From Blastocatellia bacterium (GTDB taxonomy: Bacteria > Acidobacteriota > Blastocatellia > UBA7656), in NCBI GenBank assembly GCA_036277095.1, contig DASUNP010000096.1, forward strand, positions 46,655 to 110,654: DNA of 64,000 bases, given 5' to 3'. Position 1 is the stretch's first letter; every line of letters begins with the position of its first letter. Positions 8,564-17,556 of this stretch are shown here, one piece after another. The translations under genes were made by a program, and so were the position numbers. The notes below the pieces were generated by a model. The model was not told where the DNA came from. It searched no databases and saw nothing but the letters and a program-made list of their open reading frames with translations.

Positions 8564-9838
8564 TCATCTGATAAACCCTACGTTTTCGTATCGCGAGCCG
8601 AGCACCACTTCGGAATCGCCGCCTAACCAGCCGTCAATCACAGTGGCGTAGACCGAGCGGAAGTCTACTGTGAATTTCAGGTTGCCGGCTTCGTCTAACG
8701 CCGTCGCTTCGAGCGAAGGCTGCTCGCCATAAAGTCCGCCCGCGACCGGGTTGCCTATAAGGAACAACGACGAAGCCGTCCCGTGGTCGGTGCCGAGCGA
8801 GTTATTCTGATTAGGCCGCCGTCCGAACTCCGACCACTGAAAGATCAAAACCTTGTCGGCAAGCTCGTGCTCGATCATGTCGTCATAAAACGCTTTGACG
8901 CCGTCAGAAAAATACTCCAGCAGCGTGGCGTGCTGGCCCGTCAGCTTGCTCGTAGGGCCGCCTATCTGATTCGCGTGGTGGTCGAAAAAGCCGAACTGGA
9001 CGTATAGCAGGCTCGCCTCGGGTATCGCAGTGATTATCTGCGCGAGCATCTTAAGCCCTGCGGCCAACGGGTTGTTCACGGGGTAGACGACCGTCGAGCG
9101 ATAGTTGACCGGGGCAGTGCTTAGGCGGCTCGCGCCCGTCACGGCGTCCAGCCCTATATTCGATACGGCGCTCGCAAATTCATTCTCGGGAAAGCTGCGC
9201 CCATAAAGCGCGTTGAACGCGTCGAGCTTTCGCGAGCGATTGCCCGCGTATTTCTGATCGGTTTGAAAACTGTATAGATCAAAGCTGAAGATGTTCGGCA
9301 CTACTACTTTGCTTGAAGTGAACGTCTTCGGCGGGCGCGGGCCTATCGATACGGCGCTCAGTCCCGGCTGACCCTGTAGCGCCGCCTCGGCGTAGCGGCC
9401 AAGCCAGCCGTCGCCCTTGCCCGTCGGGTTAGTCGTGTGCCAGATGTCTGCCGACATAAAGTGCGAAAGGCTCGGCTCCGGGTAGCCTACGCCCTGGACT
9501 ATTGCGACGTGGCCCGCGTCGTAAAGCTCTTTCATGCGCCCCATCGAAGGGTGCAGACCGAAGCGGTCCGAGATGATCGTCGTCCGCCCCTGTGCGTCTT
9601 TAAGCTCCGTCTCCTTGATGCCGAGCGTGGGCCGAAAGCCGTAGTAGCGCGAATCCGTGTAGGGCACGACCGTGTTCAACCCGTCGTTGCCGCCAAGCAT
9701 TTCAATCACGACTAGGATCTTTCGGGCGGGGTCGCCTGCTTGAGCGCGAGCGCCGCCGAGCCACACCTGCGGGAGCGCCACGCTTACGGTCACCATCCCC
9801 AGGCCACGCTTTATAAACTGTCTTCTGGTCGTTGCCAT
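8564..9838 (-). CDS. DUF1501-family (sulfatase/alkaline-phosphatase-like) Tat-exported protein
   Basis: 424 aa. Tat signal TRRQFIKRGLG. Motifs GGNDGLNTVVPY, FFDHHANQ, LGTDHGTAS typical of DUF1501. Confidence 0.8.
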   Translation of the reverse strand: MATTRRQFIKRGLGMVTVSVALPQVWLGGARAQAGDPARKILVVIEMLGGNDGLNTVVPYTDSRYYGFRPTLGIKETELKDAQGRTTIISDRFGLHPSMGRMKELYDAGHVAIVQGVGYPEPSLSHFMSADIWHTTNPTGKGDGWLGRYAEAALQGQPGLSAVSIGPRPPKTFTSSKVVVPNIFSFDLYSFQTDQKYAGNRSRKLDAFNALYGRSFPENEFASAVSNIGLDAVTGASRLSTAPVNYRSTVVYPVNNPLAAGLKMLAQIITAIPEASLLYVQFGFFDHHANQIGGPTSKLTGQHATLLEYFSDGVKAFYDDMIEHELADKVLIFQWSEFGRRPNQNNSLGTDHGTASSLFLIGNPVAGGLYGEQPSLEATALDEAGNLKFTVDFRSVYATVIDGWLGGDSEVVLGSRYENVGFIR

Positions 9839-9873
9839 AATGAGTGCGCCTCGCTTCTAATTCACACTTACTT

Positions 9874-11289
9874 CTAATTCAGATGAAACTCTTGCAGGCA
9901 TAGCATCAAATGGATGAGCCCGCGCACCGATTTGTCGAGCGTCGCGTCGTTAACCGTAAAGCCAACGCGATTCCCCTGGTCATCGGTTTCAAGATAATTC
10001 GTCAGCACGGCCACGGTCTGGGCGTCCGTCTTTAGCGGCCCGAGCATCGTTAACAGCTTTCTTACAGTCGCTTCAGCCGTGGGTTCGGTCAGCCTTCTGA
10101 GCTGGTCGTTCGTAAGCCAGGCGCCCGCCGCGTCGGGGTTGGTCTCGCGGTTGCTCGCAAAATAGTTGGCGAAGTTGTATCGCTCTAGCATGTTCGACGT
10201 GTTGAGCCAACCTAAATTGAGGTCCCAGCCGTTCACGTCGCGCGGGTTCAACAGCTCAAGCCCCATCTGCCGGGCGCGCGTGATGAGCGTGAAATCGGGG
10301 CGCGTGTCGGTGCCCACGTTATAAGTCGCGCCCAGGCAGCGTATCGCGCTCACGATATACTCCAGCGGGTTTTTGATGAGCGCGAATCGCGCCCGCCCGC
10401 TGAAGAATTCATCCGAGACGAAGATTGCCCGCACGAGCGACTTGATCGAATGGTTGCTGCTGATGTAAATGTCCGAGAACTTCTCTATGGTGGCGGTGTC
10501 TTCGGCGCTTGAGGTGAGCGGGTAGACGAAGAACTCGAACAGCTTCTTGACCAGAAAGCGCGGGGTCGCGCGCCGCGCCGCGATTAGCGTGACGATGTCT
10601 TCGCCCGTAAAGTTTGCGGTCTGGCCGTAGACTTCTTTCGCGGTGTTATCGTGCTGCGCGGGGTCGAAGCGGAACTTCGATTTGTAAATCTTTTTCCGCT
10701 TCACTTTGATCGTATAACCCGTAAAGCAACGCGCGATCTCTTTGACATCCTTTTCGGTGTAATTGGCCTCGCCCGTCACCATGTCCGTGATGCCCATCGT
10801 GAATAGCTCTTGAAGCTCGCGCGCGAAATTCTCGTTAGGGCTGACCTTTAAGTTCAGCACGCCGTCGAGCCAGATCAACATCGCGGGGTCTTCGGCGACT
10901 TTCACAAGCAGCGTGTCGAAGCGGTCGAGCGCGTGACGGCGCAGCGTCTTATTCTGTATTGCCATATACGGATAAAAGGCTTTGAAGTAAGACGTGGCAA
11001 AGTGGTTATGCCAAAAGAAGGTCATCTTCTCTTCGAACGGGCGGCGCGTGTGGATCATGCGAGTGAGCCACCACCGCTGGATGTCACTGGGCAGTCTGAA
11101 GTTTTCGTTACCGAACGATTTGAAGAGCAGCGCGTCGAGCGCAGAATTGTCTATCGATTCGTAATTGACAAGAAAATCTACAGCGCCCTCGCGCCCGCGC
11201 GCGACGAGGCCGTTAATATCTTCGGGGCTTCCGCCAAAGCCCGCCCGCCTGAGCAAGTGAGCGGCTTCCTCATAATTGATGCTTGCCAT
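9874..11289 (-). CDS. DUF1800-family protein (usual partner of DUF1501)
   Basis: Start moved to MASINYEE (cat 11287-11289), preceded by AGGAGG. Motifs HLLRRAGFG, FWHNHFATS. Confidence 0.8.
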   Translation of the reverse strand: MASINYEEAAHLLRRAGFGGSPEDINGLVARGREGAVDFLVNYESIDNSALDALLFKSFGNENFRLPSDIQRWWLTRMIHTRRPFEEKMTFFWHNHFATSYFKAFYPYMAIQNKTLRRHALDRFDTLLVKVAEDPAMLIWLDGVLNLKVSPNENFARELQELFTMGITDMVTGEANYTEKDVKEIARCFTGYTIKVKRKKIYKSKFRFDPAQHDNTAKEVYGQTANFTGEDIVTLIAARRATPRFLVKKLFEFFVYPLTSSAEDTATIEKFSDIYISSNHSIKSLVRAIFVSDEFFSGRARFALIKNPLEYIVSAIRCLGATYNVGTDTRPDFTLITRARQMGLELLNPRDVNGWDLNLGWLNTSNMLERYNFANYFASNRETNPDAAGAWLTNDQLRRLTEPTAEATVRKLLTMLGPLKTDAQTVAVLTNYLETDDQGNRVGFTVNDATLDKSVRGLIHLMLCLQEFHLN

Positions 11290-11395
11290 TGACGGTTTAC
11301 CTCCTGAGCCTCTCAACCGGCGACGTTATATGGAATTCCGAAATTAAGCTTTGTATGAGAACGTCGCGTTCATGCTTTTTTGCGAAGAAATCAAA

Positions 11396-11457
11396 ATCCA
11401 CTAAGAACACGAAGTAACACTAATAATCTTTTCGTGCTCTTCGTGTTCTTAGTGGAT
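11396..11457. repeat. Long hairpin abutting the HerA stop codon
   Basis: ATCCACTAAGAACACGAAG (11396-11414) pairs with CTTCGTGTTCTTAGTGGAT (11439-11457): a 19-bp perfect stem with a 24-nt AT-rich loop. Confidence 0.7.
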
Positions 11458-13145
11458 CAAATCTCTATCCCGCCGACGCGCCCGCCCGATTTAGGCTGCG
11501 GCTTTGCGAGCACCGACGATTGCTCGTCGCGGCGCGCGCGGCTGCGGTCTGTGTGCCATTCGGCCCAGGCCTCTGGTGCGTCTATCGTCTCGCCGCCGTG
11601 GCGCGTCAGGCGTTTTCGCACCTGGCACATCACGGGCGTATTCACCGCGACTCCCGAGACTATCAATTGCCCCTTGGTGAGCGCGGGCAGCTCGTCCAAC
11701 ATCCTGCGCCCCGCGCCCTCGACCGTCTTTGCGATCGTGTCCTGGTCTATCGGGTTCACTATGCGCATGATGAATTGCGTCATGCACTGCGACAGCACGT
11801 CCGAGTCGAGCTTGCCGGGCCGCTGGGTTATGAGCCCGACGCCCACACCGAACTTTCGCCCTTCCGATAGAATCTGCTTCAAAACGTTAGTCGAGACGAC
11901 CGACTGGCCCGCGGGCGCGAAGCGGTGCGCCTCTTCGAGCAGCGCGAATATCGGGTAAGGCAAAAACCGCTCGCTCGTCGGGTCAGTCACCTCATTCTTG
12001 TGCGTAGCCATGCGGGCGAGTATCGCGCGGCGCAGCAGGGTCGCCACGATCACCTGCTGCTCGTTTTCCGCTATGTCTACGAGTTGCAGCACAGTGCACT
12101 GGCCTGGCATGAAGAGGTCTGTCAGCAGGTTGTGCTCGCTGTCGGAAAAGATTTGATTCTTTGAGTGAGCGCGGAAGCGATTCTCAAGCCTCCATTCGAG
12201 CGCGTCGATCGTCGAGGCGTTGCCCGCGCGGTCGCCTTCCTGGTCGCCGTAGCGTTGCTCGGCCACGGCCTCCATCAAATCTTGAAATCCGTAATGGCCG
12301 CGCGCGCCCGCGCGATTCTTTACCGTGCGGTAGGCCGTGCCGAGAAAATGCTTCATCTTCTCCGAAAGGTCTTGAAGCAGGTAACAGATGTCTGAGAACT
12401 CAAGCGAATCGAACCGCACTTTTACTTTTTCGGGCCGAAGAATTCTGACTTCCGGCTCGTAGCCGTTTGAAGAGAATTGCTTTTTGAACTCCGGTTGCTT
12501 GATCTCTTGAATCGTATCGTACTCGCCGTGAGGGTCTACGACGAGGACCGCCGAGCGGTTTTCGGGTCGCATCAACTCTTCGACCAGAACAGACGCGGTG
12601 TAGCTTTTGCCCGCGCCCGTCGATGCGAGAATCGCCAGGTGAGTCGACACCAGGTCTTTGACCGAAAGCACCACGGGCACGTCGTCCGCTTCGCGCGTGA
12701 GCAGGCTGCCGATGTGCGCCGATCCGCGCTCGCCGCTCTTTTTGGGCGAGAGCACCCGCGCCAGCATCCTTGACGGCGCGAGATAGACGGCCTGCCCCGG
12801 CATAGGCGGTATGCGAGGGTTGACGAAATCATTTAGCGCTTCGTCAAAAAAACCGATCGTCGAAACAGTTATCTCGAAAAGCTCCGCGCCCTGATCTTCG
12901 AGCCCTATCATCAATGCCACCATCGCGGGCGGCGTCGCGGGGTCTGCCAGAAAGCTGTCCGGCAGCGAGCGGACTAATCGGCGCTCTGTGATGTTGCCTA
13001 TGATCTCGCGCTCGCGGCGGTCGGTCGGAGCCTGGTAATAGATGAACTCGCCGACGCGCGTGTTTTGGTTGTCGGTCGTGACAAAGAGATATTCGCCGGG
13101 CTTTTCACCGGGCCCCTTGACTGTTCCTACCAGTGTGTCGGACAT
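11457..13145 (-). CDS. HerA-like (DUF87) P-loop ATPase/helicase
   Basis: Start taken at MSDTLVGT (13145). N-terminal barrel-like region, then Walker A HLAILASTGAGKSYT and Walker B AVLVVDPHGEY. Later blocks LLEEAHRFAP, EGRKFGVGVGLITQRP. Confidence 0.8.
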   Translation of the reverse strand: MSDTLVGTVKGPGEKPGEYLFVTTDNQNTRVGEFIYYQAPTDRREREIIGNITERRLVRSLPDSFLADPATPPAMVALMIGLEDQGAELFEITVSTIGFFDEALNDFVNPRIPPMPGQAVYLAPSRMLARVLSPKKSGERGSAHIGSLLTREADDVPVVLSVKDLVSTHLAILASTGAGKSYTASVLVEELMRPENRSAVLVVDPHGEYDTIQEIKQPEFKKQFSSNGYEPEVRILRPEKVKVRFDSLEFSDICYLLQDLSEKMKHFLGTAYRTVKNRAGARGHYGFQDLMEAVAEQRYGDQEGDRAGNASTIDALEWRLENRFRAHSKNQIFSDSEHNLLTDLFMPGQCTVLQLVDIAENEQQVIVATLLRRAILARMATHKNEVTDPTSERFLPYPIFALLEEAHRFAPAGQSVVSTNVLKQILSEGRKFGVGVGLITQRPGKLDSDVLSQCMTQFIMRIVNPIDQDTIAKTVEGAGRRMLDELPALTKGQLIVSGVAVNTPVMCQVRKRLTRHGGETIDAPEAWAEWHTDRSRARRDEQSSVLAKPQPKSGGRVGGIEI

Positions 13146-13237
13146 TAGCTTTGCCTTCGGACCTGGGCTCAGGCGCACAATATAACACAATGTCTATTCC
13201 GATTGTAGAGTAGTCAAAAAGGTAAGGATTAAGACAT

Positions 13238-13305
13238 GCCACAGAGACACGGAGACCCAGAGAGAAGAATAATAAAAAGACTCTGTGTCTCTGTGTCTCT
13301 GTGGC
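13238..13305. repeat. Hairpin of the cacagag-octamer family in a divergent intergenic region
   Basis: Left arm gccacagagacacggagacccagagag, loop aagaataataaaaaga, right arm ctctgtgtctctgtgtctctgtggc. Two mismatches, one of which is G:U-compatible. Confidence 0.7.
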
Positions 13306-13315
13306 AATAATATTT

Positions 13316-14605
13316 ATGCAAGATGAACTGTTGATAACCGGCGCAAGTCAGCTTGTGACTCTCGCGGGACCCGCGCGGGCGCGGATCGGCAAGGAGATGC
13401 GCGACCTTCAGGTCATAGAAGACGGAGCGGTCCTCGTTCGCGGCGAACAAATCGCGATTGTAGGAAGCTCCGAGGATGTCGAGCGACAGGCGAGCAACGA
13501 AGCGCGGCGCATCGAGGCACTCGGGCGTGTCGTAATGCCGGGCTTCGTCGACGCGCACACTCATCCGGTGTGGGCGGGCACGCGCGCGGACGAATACGAG
13601 ATGCGCGCCGAAGGGCTCACTTACCAGCAGATCGCTGAGGCGGGCGGCGGCATAAGATCAAGCGTGCGAAAGACGCGCGCCGCAAGCGAAGACGAACTCT
13701 ACGAGATGGCCTTGCCGCGCGTCCGATGGTTTTTAGAGCACGGCACGACCACCATCGAGGCCAAGAGCGGGTACGGGCTTACGGTCGATGACGAATTGAA
13801 AATCCTGCGAGTGATACGCAGGCTCGACCGCGAAACCCCGCTTGAGATGGTCCCGACATTTTTGGGCGCGCACGAGATACCGGACGAGTATCGAAGCGCC
13901 GCCGACCCTCAGACGGCGCGCGAAAGATACATTCGCCTCGTCATCGACGAGATGCTCCCGCGAGTGGCCGCCGAAGGGCTGGCCGAATACTCGGACATAT
14001 TTTGTGAATCGCATGTCTTCACCGTCGAAGAGTCGCGCCGCGTGCTTGAGCGCGCTCGCGAGCTTGGCCTTGGGGTTCGCTTTCACGCAGACCAGCTTTC
14101 GCTCGGAGGCGGCGGGCGATTGGCCGCGGAGCTTAAAGCCGCGACCGCAGATCATCTTGAATGGATAGACGACGAAGGCATAGAGATGCTCCGCGCCGCA
14201 CGTGTCGCAGCAGTCCTGCTGCCCGGAGCAGTATTCAACCTGGGGCTTACGCGCTACGCCCCCGCGCGGCGCTTGATAGAGGCGGGCGTCGCAGTAGTGC
14301 TTGCTACAGACTTCAACCCCGGCAGCTCTCCCACGCCTTCGATGCAGATGATACTGTCGATAGCTTGCACTCAAATGCGAATGACCCCCGCCGAGGCCCT
14401 CACCGCCGCGACCGTCAACGCCGCTTACAGCCTGAACAGGGGCGCGCGCATAGGGACGATTGAGTCGGGCAAGCAGGCCGACATAGTTGTTTTCGATTGC
14501 CCCGATTACCGCCAGATACCTTATTTTTTCGGCATCAATCATGCCTCGACCGTCATCAAACGGGGGCGCGTCGTCGCAGAGAACCGGATTGATCGGAGAG
14601 ATTAG
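13316..14605 (+). CDS. hutI: Imidazolonepropionase
   Basis: ATG at 13316 chosen because the listed start 13301 lies inside the hairpin arm. Motifs PGFVDAHTHPVWAG, TTIEAKSGYGL, HADQLS, ATDFNPGSSP. Confidence 0.85.
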   Translation: MQDELLITGASQLVTLAGPARARIGKEMRDLQVIEDGAVLVRGEQIAIVGSSEDVERQASNEARRIEALGRVVMPGFVDAHTHPVWAGTRADEYEMRAEGLTYQQIAEAGGGIRSSVRKTRAASEDELYEMALPRVRWFLEHGTTTIEAKSGYGLTVDDELKILRVIRRLDRETPLEMVPTFLGAHEIPDEYRSAADPQTARERYIRLVIDEMLPRVAAEGLAEYSDIFCESHVFTVEESRRVLERARELGLGVRFHADQLSLGGGGRLAAELKAATADHLEWIDDEGIEMLRAARVAAVLLPGAVFNLGLTRYAPARRLIEAGVAVVLATDFNPGSSPTPSMQMILSIACTQMRMTPAEALTAATVNAAYSLNRGARIGTIESGKQADIVVFDCPDYRQIPYFFGINHASTVIKRGRVVAENRIDRRD

Positions 14606-14607
14606 TT

Positions 14608-15600
14608 ATGTCACATAAAGTTTTTCGCGCGTGTAAAGTCGCGATCTTATCAACGCTCCTATTTATGTTTTGCGATGGCTTTGGCTTTTCCGAAGCGGCG
14701 CATCAATCGAGGATTAGGATTACAACTGCCTCAGGAGTCCGTTTGCGCACAGGCCCTCAGGTCGCGGCTGAAGAGATAATGCGGCTTCCGATCGGGTCGG
14801 TCGTCGGGGAGGTGGAAGCCTCTGCTAACACAGAGAAGATCGCGGGCATCGAAGACCACTGGTACCGAGTAGTGACGCTGCCGGCTGGAAAACAACAAGG
14901 ATGGGTCTTTGGCGGTTTCACTATGGTGTTCGATCCTGCGAAAGCTGCCGAGAGCTATCAACAAATCGCAAACAACCGTTTGAAGGTCGAGCAGCCGACT
15001 TTCACAGATTCCGTCGACCTTGTGAATTTTCTCGCGCGCGTAATCCCGGAAGTAACGCGCAAGGACGCGGCGGCTGAGCTTGAGCTTGCGCGGCTGCTTG
15101 CTATCTCAAAGGCCGGAGCGGCGATCCCTAGCGATAAGCAGGAAGAGCCTCTGTACCAGTCGTGGTTAAAAGCTCAGGGCAATAGCCTCGTTTACAGCGA
15201 GCCCGCCGGGCAGTGGTTCGTAGACTCCGACCTTTTCTGGAAGCTCCAACAAAAATACAGCTCGCTTCCCGTTGCAGAACGAATCGCATGGGAGGCCGCT
15301 AATAACTCTCTGCCCGGCGAGTGCGAAGGTTTTCTCGAATGCAACTTGTACGCTTACAACCGGACCCTGGGCAGGTATTTAAACCTTTACCCGCGCGGCG
15401 CTCATGCGGAAGAGGCTCTTAACAATCTGGCTGAGTATTTCGGAGAGGTCCTTAAGACCGAGGGCACGTATTCGGTCGACGAAAAGGCAGATCTGCACAA
15501 GGCACTGGCCGAGCTTCGCGCGACGGTCGGGAAGAGTTCCAGCGCGAAAAGGGCCGCCTTGCTCAAGCAGATCGATCAAGTCGCCGCGCAGTATCGTTAA
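14608..15600 (+). CDS. Secreted protein with N-terminal SH3b-like domain, function unknown
   Basis: 330 aa, starting 2 nt after the hutI stop. Signal peptide. ASGVRLRTGPQVAAEEIMRLPIGSVVGEVE...HWYRVVTLPAGKQQGWVFGGF resembles bacterial SH3. Confidence 0.55.
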   Translation: MSHKVFRACKVAILSTLLFMFCDGFGFSEAAHQSRIRITTASGVRLRTGPQVAAEEIMRLPIGSVVGEVEASANTEKIAGIEDHWYRVVTLPAGKQQGWVFGGFTMVFDPAKAAESYQQIANNRLKVEQPTFTDSVDLVNFLARVIPEVTRKDAAAELELARLLAISKAGAAIPSDKQEEPLYQSWLKAQGNSLVYSEPAGQWFVDSDLFWKLQQKYSSLPVAERIAWEAANNSLPGECEGFLECNLYAYNRTLGRYLNLYPRGAHAEEALNNLAEYFGEVLKTEGTYSVDEKADLHKALAELRATVGKSSSAKRAALLKQIDQVAAQYR

Positions 15601-15669
15601 GCAGCTTGCGAAACAACAATCCCGCGTCGAAGGTCTGGCGAATAGCGGTCCCACGTCGATAGAAAAAAG

Positions 15670-15697
15670 TTGCATCGAGTAGTTCCGGTGATATAAT
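15670..15697 (+). promoter_or_regulatory. Sigma70-like promoter
   Basis: TTGCAT (15670-15675), 16 nt spacer, TATAAT (15692-15697). Followed by hairpin ATGCCGC-ccgc-TGCGGCAT and about 170 nt of leader before the ATG at 15875. Confidence 0.45.
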
Positions 15698-15874
15698 GCC
15701 GCCCGCTGCGGCATCTACGCTCAACCCTCTCGCCACAGCCGACTTTTTCACCTGTCATTCCCCGCTTTCTAGCTCTAGCGAGGATCACAAGCATCGATTG
15801 AAAAAGATGGCTTTCATAAGCCGTTTTTCCGAATATTTTTTACAACACTGGAGTTACCCCAAAGGAGAACAATC

Positions 15875-16777
15875 ATGAAAAAACCCCTGATCACCTTCTT
15901 AACAACGTGCCTGTTTCTAGCGGTCGGTTCGCAGCTTGCGGCGCAGACTACACAGCAAGCCCCGCCGGGGCCGCCGCCGGTCCTTTTCATCTTTCGTGAA
16001 GAGGTGAAAGCGAGCAGAGGCGGCGCGCATGAAAAACTTGAGGCAGGTTATGTTCGCGCTCTTCAAAAAGCCAATTGGCCTACTCACTCTTTAGCCATCT
16101 CATCGATCTCCGGCCCGCACGACGCATGGTTTATGACAGGCTATGAATCATATGCGGCTATGGAGAAAGACCACATGGCGATGGAAAAGAACGCCGAGCT
16201 GATGAGCGAGTTCGAGCGCCTCGATGCGGCTGACGCGGAGTTTCGCACCAACCAGCGAGGCATAATCGGCACCTACCGCCCGAATCTCAGCCATAACGTC
16301 GGTGCTGCCAATATCCCGCAGATGCGATATTTTCAGATCAACACGGTTCGCGTGCGTCCGGGCCACGAAGAAGAATGGATCGAGGCGAGAAGGATTCTCG
16401 TCGATGCTTTGAAAAAAGCGAACATCCCCACGCCCAGCATAGTTTATGGCATAACGGTGGGGATGCCGGGCGGGACCTTCCTTGTCTTCACGCCAAGAAA
16501 GTCGCTCGCCGAAATGGACCCGAACCCCGATCGCATGCGCGCTGTTCAGGAGGCGCTGGGCGAAGAGAAGATCAAGAAAAGACAGAAGCTAATAAGCGAC
16601 TCGGTCATGAGCACCGAAATGAGCCTCTACGCTTTCAGCCCGCGAATGAGCTATGTATCGAAGGAGTGGATAGCGGCGGCCCCGGATTTCTGGGCGCCCA
16701 AAGAGATGGTGGCAATGAAGTCCTCGCCGAAAACTAAAAAGAGCAGCGCGACTGCAACGGTTAAGAAACAACCCTGA
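15875..16777 (+). CDS. Secreted hypothetical protein with two internally similar alpha/beta domains
   Basis: 300 aa, RBS AAAGGAG. Signal peptide LFLAVGSQLAAQ. Halves VLFIFREEVKASRGG.. and RYFQINTVRVRPGHEEEW.. look like a duplicated ferredoxin-like fold (tentative). Confidence 0.5.
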   Translation: MKKPLITFLTTCLFLAVGSQLAAQTTQQAPPGPPPVLFIFREEVKASRGGAHEKLEAGYVRALQKANWPTHSLAISSISGPHDAWFMTGYESYAAMEKDHMAMEKNAELMSEFERLDAADAEFRTNQRGIIGTYRPNLSHNVGAANIPQMRYFQINTVRVRPGHEEEWIEARRILVDALKKANIPTPSIVYGITVGMPGGTFLVFTPRKSLAEMDPNPDRMRAVQEALGEEKIKKRQKLISDSVMSTEMSLYAFSPRMSYVSKEWIAAAPDFWAPKEMVAMKSSPKTKKSSATATVKKQP

Positions 16778-16806
16778 TCCGTTAGTTTCACTACACGCGT
16801 AAAAAA

Positions 16807-16848
16807 GCGGGCCGTCATTATTCCAACGATGACGGCCCGCATTATTTA
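16807..16848 (+). terminator. Intrinsic terminator-like hairpin
   Basis: GCGGGCCGTCAT-(10 nt)-ATGACGGCCCGC: a 12-bp perfect stem flanked by AAAAAA upstream and ATTATTTAT downstream. Confidence 0.6.
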
Positions 16849-16932
16849 TGAGCGAGGTTTTGGAACTTTTTGGGGAGTTGGGGCGAATCATTAATGGCAG
16901 CAAGGCGTCGGGCCGCTTACGTAAGCCGATTT

Positions 16933-17556
16933 ATGGAATTAACCACGACTATCAGCGATCATGACCTGTTGAGGCGCGTTTTGGCAGGCGACGAAGACGC
17001 CTTCACGTCGCTTTACCGCCGGCGACAGGGCGGCATATATCGCTTCGCCTTGCAGATGAGCGGGTCGCGAACTATCGCCGAAGATGTCACGCAAGAAGTA
17101 TTCATGACGATTGTGCGCGACGGCACAGGTTATGACCCGGCGCGGGGGTCGCTTTCGGCTTACCTGTACGGCATAGCGCGCAATCACGTCTTGCGCCGGT
17201 TGGAGCGCGAGCGATTGTTCGTCCCCTTCGCCGACGCCGAAGATGAGCAAGAGGCCCAGGCTACGGTCCGATTGATAGCCGAAACGGACCCGCTCGCGGA
17301 TTTGACTCGCAACGAGATGATAGAGGCTGTGCGCGGGGCGGTGCTCGCCCTGCCAGCGCACTACCGCGAAGCGGTCGTCTTGTGCGACCTTCACGAGATG
17401 AGCTACGCCGAGGCGGCGGAAGTGGTTGGCTGCGCAGTGGGGACTATCAGATCGCGCCTTCACAGGGCGCGCGCCCTGCTGGTTGAAAAGCTCCGGGCTA
17501 CAGGCAATCGCGGCCCGGCATCACAGACGGCCAATCCTGTGAGGTGCTTTGCATGA
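16933..17556 (+). CDS. ECF-type RNA polymerase sigma-70 factor
   Basis: Start at MELTTTISDHDLL (16933). Region 2 is DVTQEVFMTIV. Region 4 HTH is SYAEAAEVVGCAVGTIRSRLHRAR. Confidence 0.85.
   Translation: MELTTTISDHDLLRRVLAGDEDAFTSLYRRRQGGIYRFALQMSGSRTIAEDVTQEVFMTIVRDGTGYDPARGSLSAYLYGIARNHVLRRLERERLFVPFADAEDEQEAQATVRLIAETDPLADLTRNEMIEAVRGAVLALPAHYREAVVLCDLHEMSYAEAAEVVGCAVGTIRSRLHRARALLVEKLRATGNRGPASQTANPVRCFA

Noticed and set aside
11457-13145. Calling the HerA-like ATPase part of an anti-phage defence system
   Set aside because: No effector partner (Sir2, DUF4297, nuclease) lies adjacent and both flanks are housekeeping-type genes. It is reported only as a solo HerA-like ATPase.
13733-14542. 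269-aa minus-strand ORF; similar cases at 20528..21319, 17460..18158 and 25299..26096
   Set aside because: All are antisense or alternative frames of well-supported genes (hutI, atpF/atpH, anti-sigma, M28 peptidase) with the composition typical of GC-rich noise.
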